Shown here: one piece after another, positions 62,326 to 64,000 of the stretch
Layout: each line of letters starts with the position of its first letter
Numbering within the stretch: position 1 is the first letter of the stretch
Source of the DNA: Takakia lepidozioides
Taxonomy: Eukaryota > Plantae > Bryophyta
Assembly (NCBI GenBank): GCA_030704615.1
Contig: CM060733.1
Coordinates: forward strand, 60,450,001-60,514,000
Length of the DNA: 64,000 nt
Reading direction: 5' to 3'
Program-made: the position numbers and the translations under genes
The notes under the pieces: model-generated
The model's input: the letters and a program-made list of their open reading frames with translations, nothing else
Told to the model about the DNA's origin: nothing
The model's database searches: none

Positions 62326-62925
62326 ATGATGGGGAAGAACCAAGAGAGAGATAAGGCAAAGAAGCAGGCAAGAAAATTGGGTGAATTGAGAGGTCAGGCT
62401 GATAAGGTTGACCCCACCATGAGGAGAAGGGGTGGTCGACCCTCCAAGAACGTCGCTAATGAGGATGTTGGAGATAGTGCGGAGGTGGGAGGCCGGAACA
62501 AGAGGAAGAGGAAAGCCACTAAAGCCATACCTGAGTCTTCCCACGAGGATTCAGTTGACATATCGTCTGAACGCAGGAAAGCCACAGAAAAGCGTAAAAG
62601 AGCTTTATTTCACAAGACCCCTTGCTACGAGGCCAAACCCATTGAGGAGGTATTGCCAAAAAAGATTGAGGTTGCAAAGATGGATTACGTGGAGATGGTC
62701 CGTCAGAGAGTGGAAGAGAAGACGGCAGACCCACATGCCCCTCCACCTCCAAACTTCCAGAAGTTGGAGGATTTTATGAAAAAGATTTGTGAGGGCAGGG
62801 AGGTATTTCGCAAGGGGAAGGGTGTCGCGGGCGCTGTAGATCTTGTTTTGGTTGATATTGGTGACGGACGTCCAGTCCACCATTGTGGTCCGACTTGCCC
62901 TGAAATAAGCGCCAACCAATCTTGA
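62326..62925 (+). other. Lys/Arg/Glu-rich ORF of unknown origin, probably a transposon-derived fragment
   Basis: 199-aa ORF with NLS-like NKRKRK and EKRKR. No family recognised. Confidence 0.3.
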
Positions 62926-64000
62926 CTGCAATGATGCTGGCCAAGCATGTACTTCAGGATGACGGGTGCCTTGTTGTTTTTACTCACGAGGGGGTTGATA
63001 TGGTGGGCGAGGTTCTCAAGTCCATAAAATCTACCTCGTCGAATGCTGGGGCCATGTTCTCTTAGGTTGTGCGTCATTGGAAGGTGATCAACACGCAACC
63101 TCTAACAATCCCCACGAGGAACAAAGTAGTTCCCGAGGCGATGGGTGGGATGGTAAGCACCTCTAAAACCATAAACTTTCCAGTTTTGTATTCATCTATA
63201 TCATCACTACACTGTGGGAGATAGTATGCATCTAATTGGGCTGTTCATGTCGTTTTGCCAGCGAATCCTCCCACAATTAGTCCAGAAATCGGCAAACCTT
63301 GAATGAATCGTTTCCTTGCCAATTTCTCCTCAAATGTTGCATGCCAGAATGACCTTGGGAGATTAGTGTGCATCTAAATGCGGATGTTCATGTAGTTCTG
63401 GTGGCGAGTCCTTCTTAACTGGACCCCAGAAACCTACTATGGATTTTGTTCTTCCAATTTTGTCCTCCAATTTGGTATTCCAGACGGAGCTTGGTTAGCT
63501 TCTGACCCTCCGTGTGGTACCGTTTACTCTGGCGAAACATTAGCTCGATAGCTTAATTAGTCGATATTTCAGTTTATTACATTGGTTTTCCCAGAAAATA
63601 TCGTTTTTCTCCCAGTTTTTTTTGGCGACCTGTATTGACCCTTCATATTTGGAATCGATTTTGGTTCACCTGTTACTGTTATTAGTTGTGGTTAAAAGTA
63701 GTTTGCTTTGGGGTTTGTCAATTCAACCTGTTTCCCATTTCCTGAGGGTGCTGCTATGTTTTATGCAAGGTCTTGTCTTCTCTGTATTTGTGTTTATAAA
63801 GTCTAAGTCACAATTTCGATTGTCGGAGAGAGGATCTTTGGTGGAGTCAGTGCACGACCCCGTGAAATTCAATGTTCTTTTCAATCATGTGCCCACTGAG
63901 CATCTGAAGCGTAAGGGAAGCTCTCTCAGTTACTGGCGTGGTTCCAAAGAGTACAGCCCCAATTTCATGCAAGCTATATTGGAGACGTGCTCTCCTTTGG

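Overview
Nuclear DNA of a land plant, probably a non-seed plant such as a bryophyte, lycophyte or fern (inferred from gene content, not proven). The first ~24 kb is gene-rich. It holds a spliced coiled-coil gene, a PLS-class PPR-DYW RNA-editing factor whose upstream exons encode an OSB-type 'PDF' ssDNA-binding motif, and a decayed PPR copy containing a ~105-bp-arm hairpin. It also holds a YchJ/SEC-C-like gene, a FOCL1-like Ole e 1 gene, an internally deleted Mutator-like remnant, and a head-to-head TFIIE-beta/RPS28 pair. The remaining ~40 kb is almost all transposon. There is a TTAA-flanked piggyBac-type MITE and a 27.2-kb Mutator-like element (25704-52951; ~300-bp TIRs, 9-bp TSD TATACGTTA). 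The Mutator-like element carries a SWIM/MULE transposase and, convergently, a zinc-finger-like plus Ulp1-protease accessory region. Two chromovirus Ty3/gypsy elements and a solo LTR are nested inside it, and two internal inversions can be reconstructed. A 22-bp tandem array and a decayed L1-type LINE follow. The best novelty candidates are the PDF-motif::PPR-DYW fusion, the MULE accessory gene with family-specific short-motif arrays, the piggyBac-like MITE and the PPR-derived hairpin. Exon models come from manual reading of splice sites and frames; no database searches were run.
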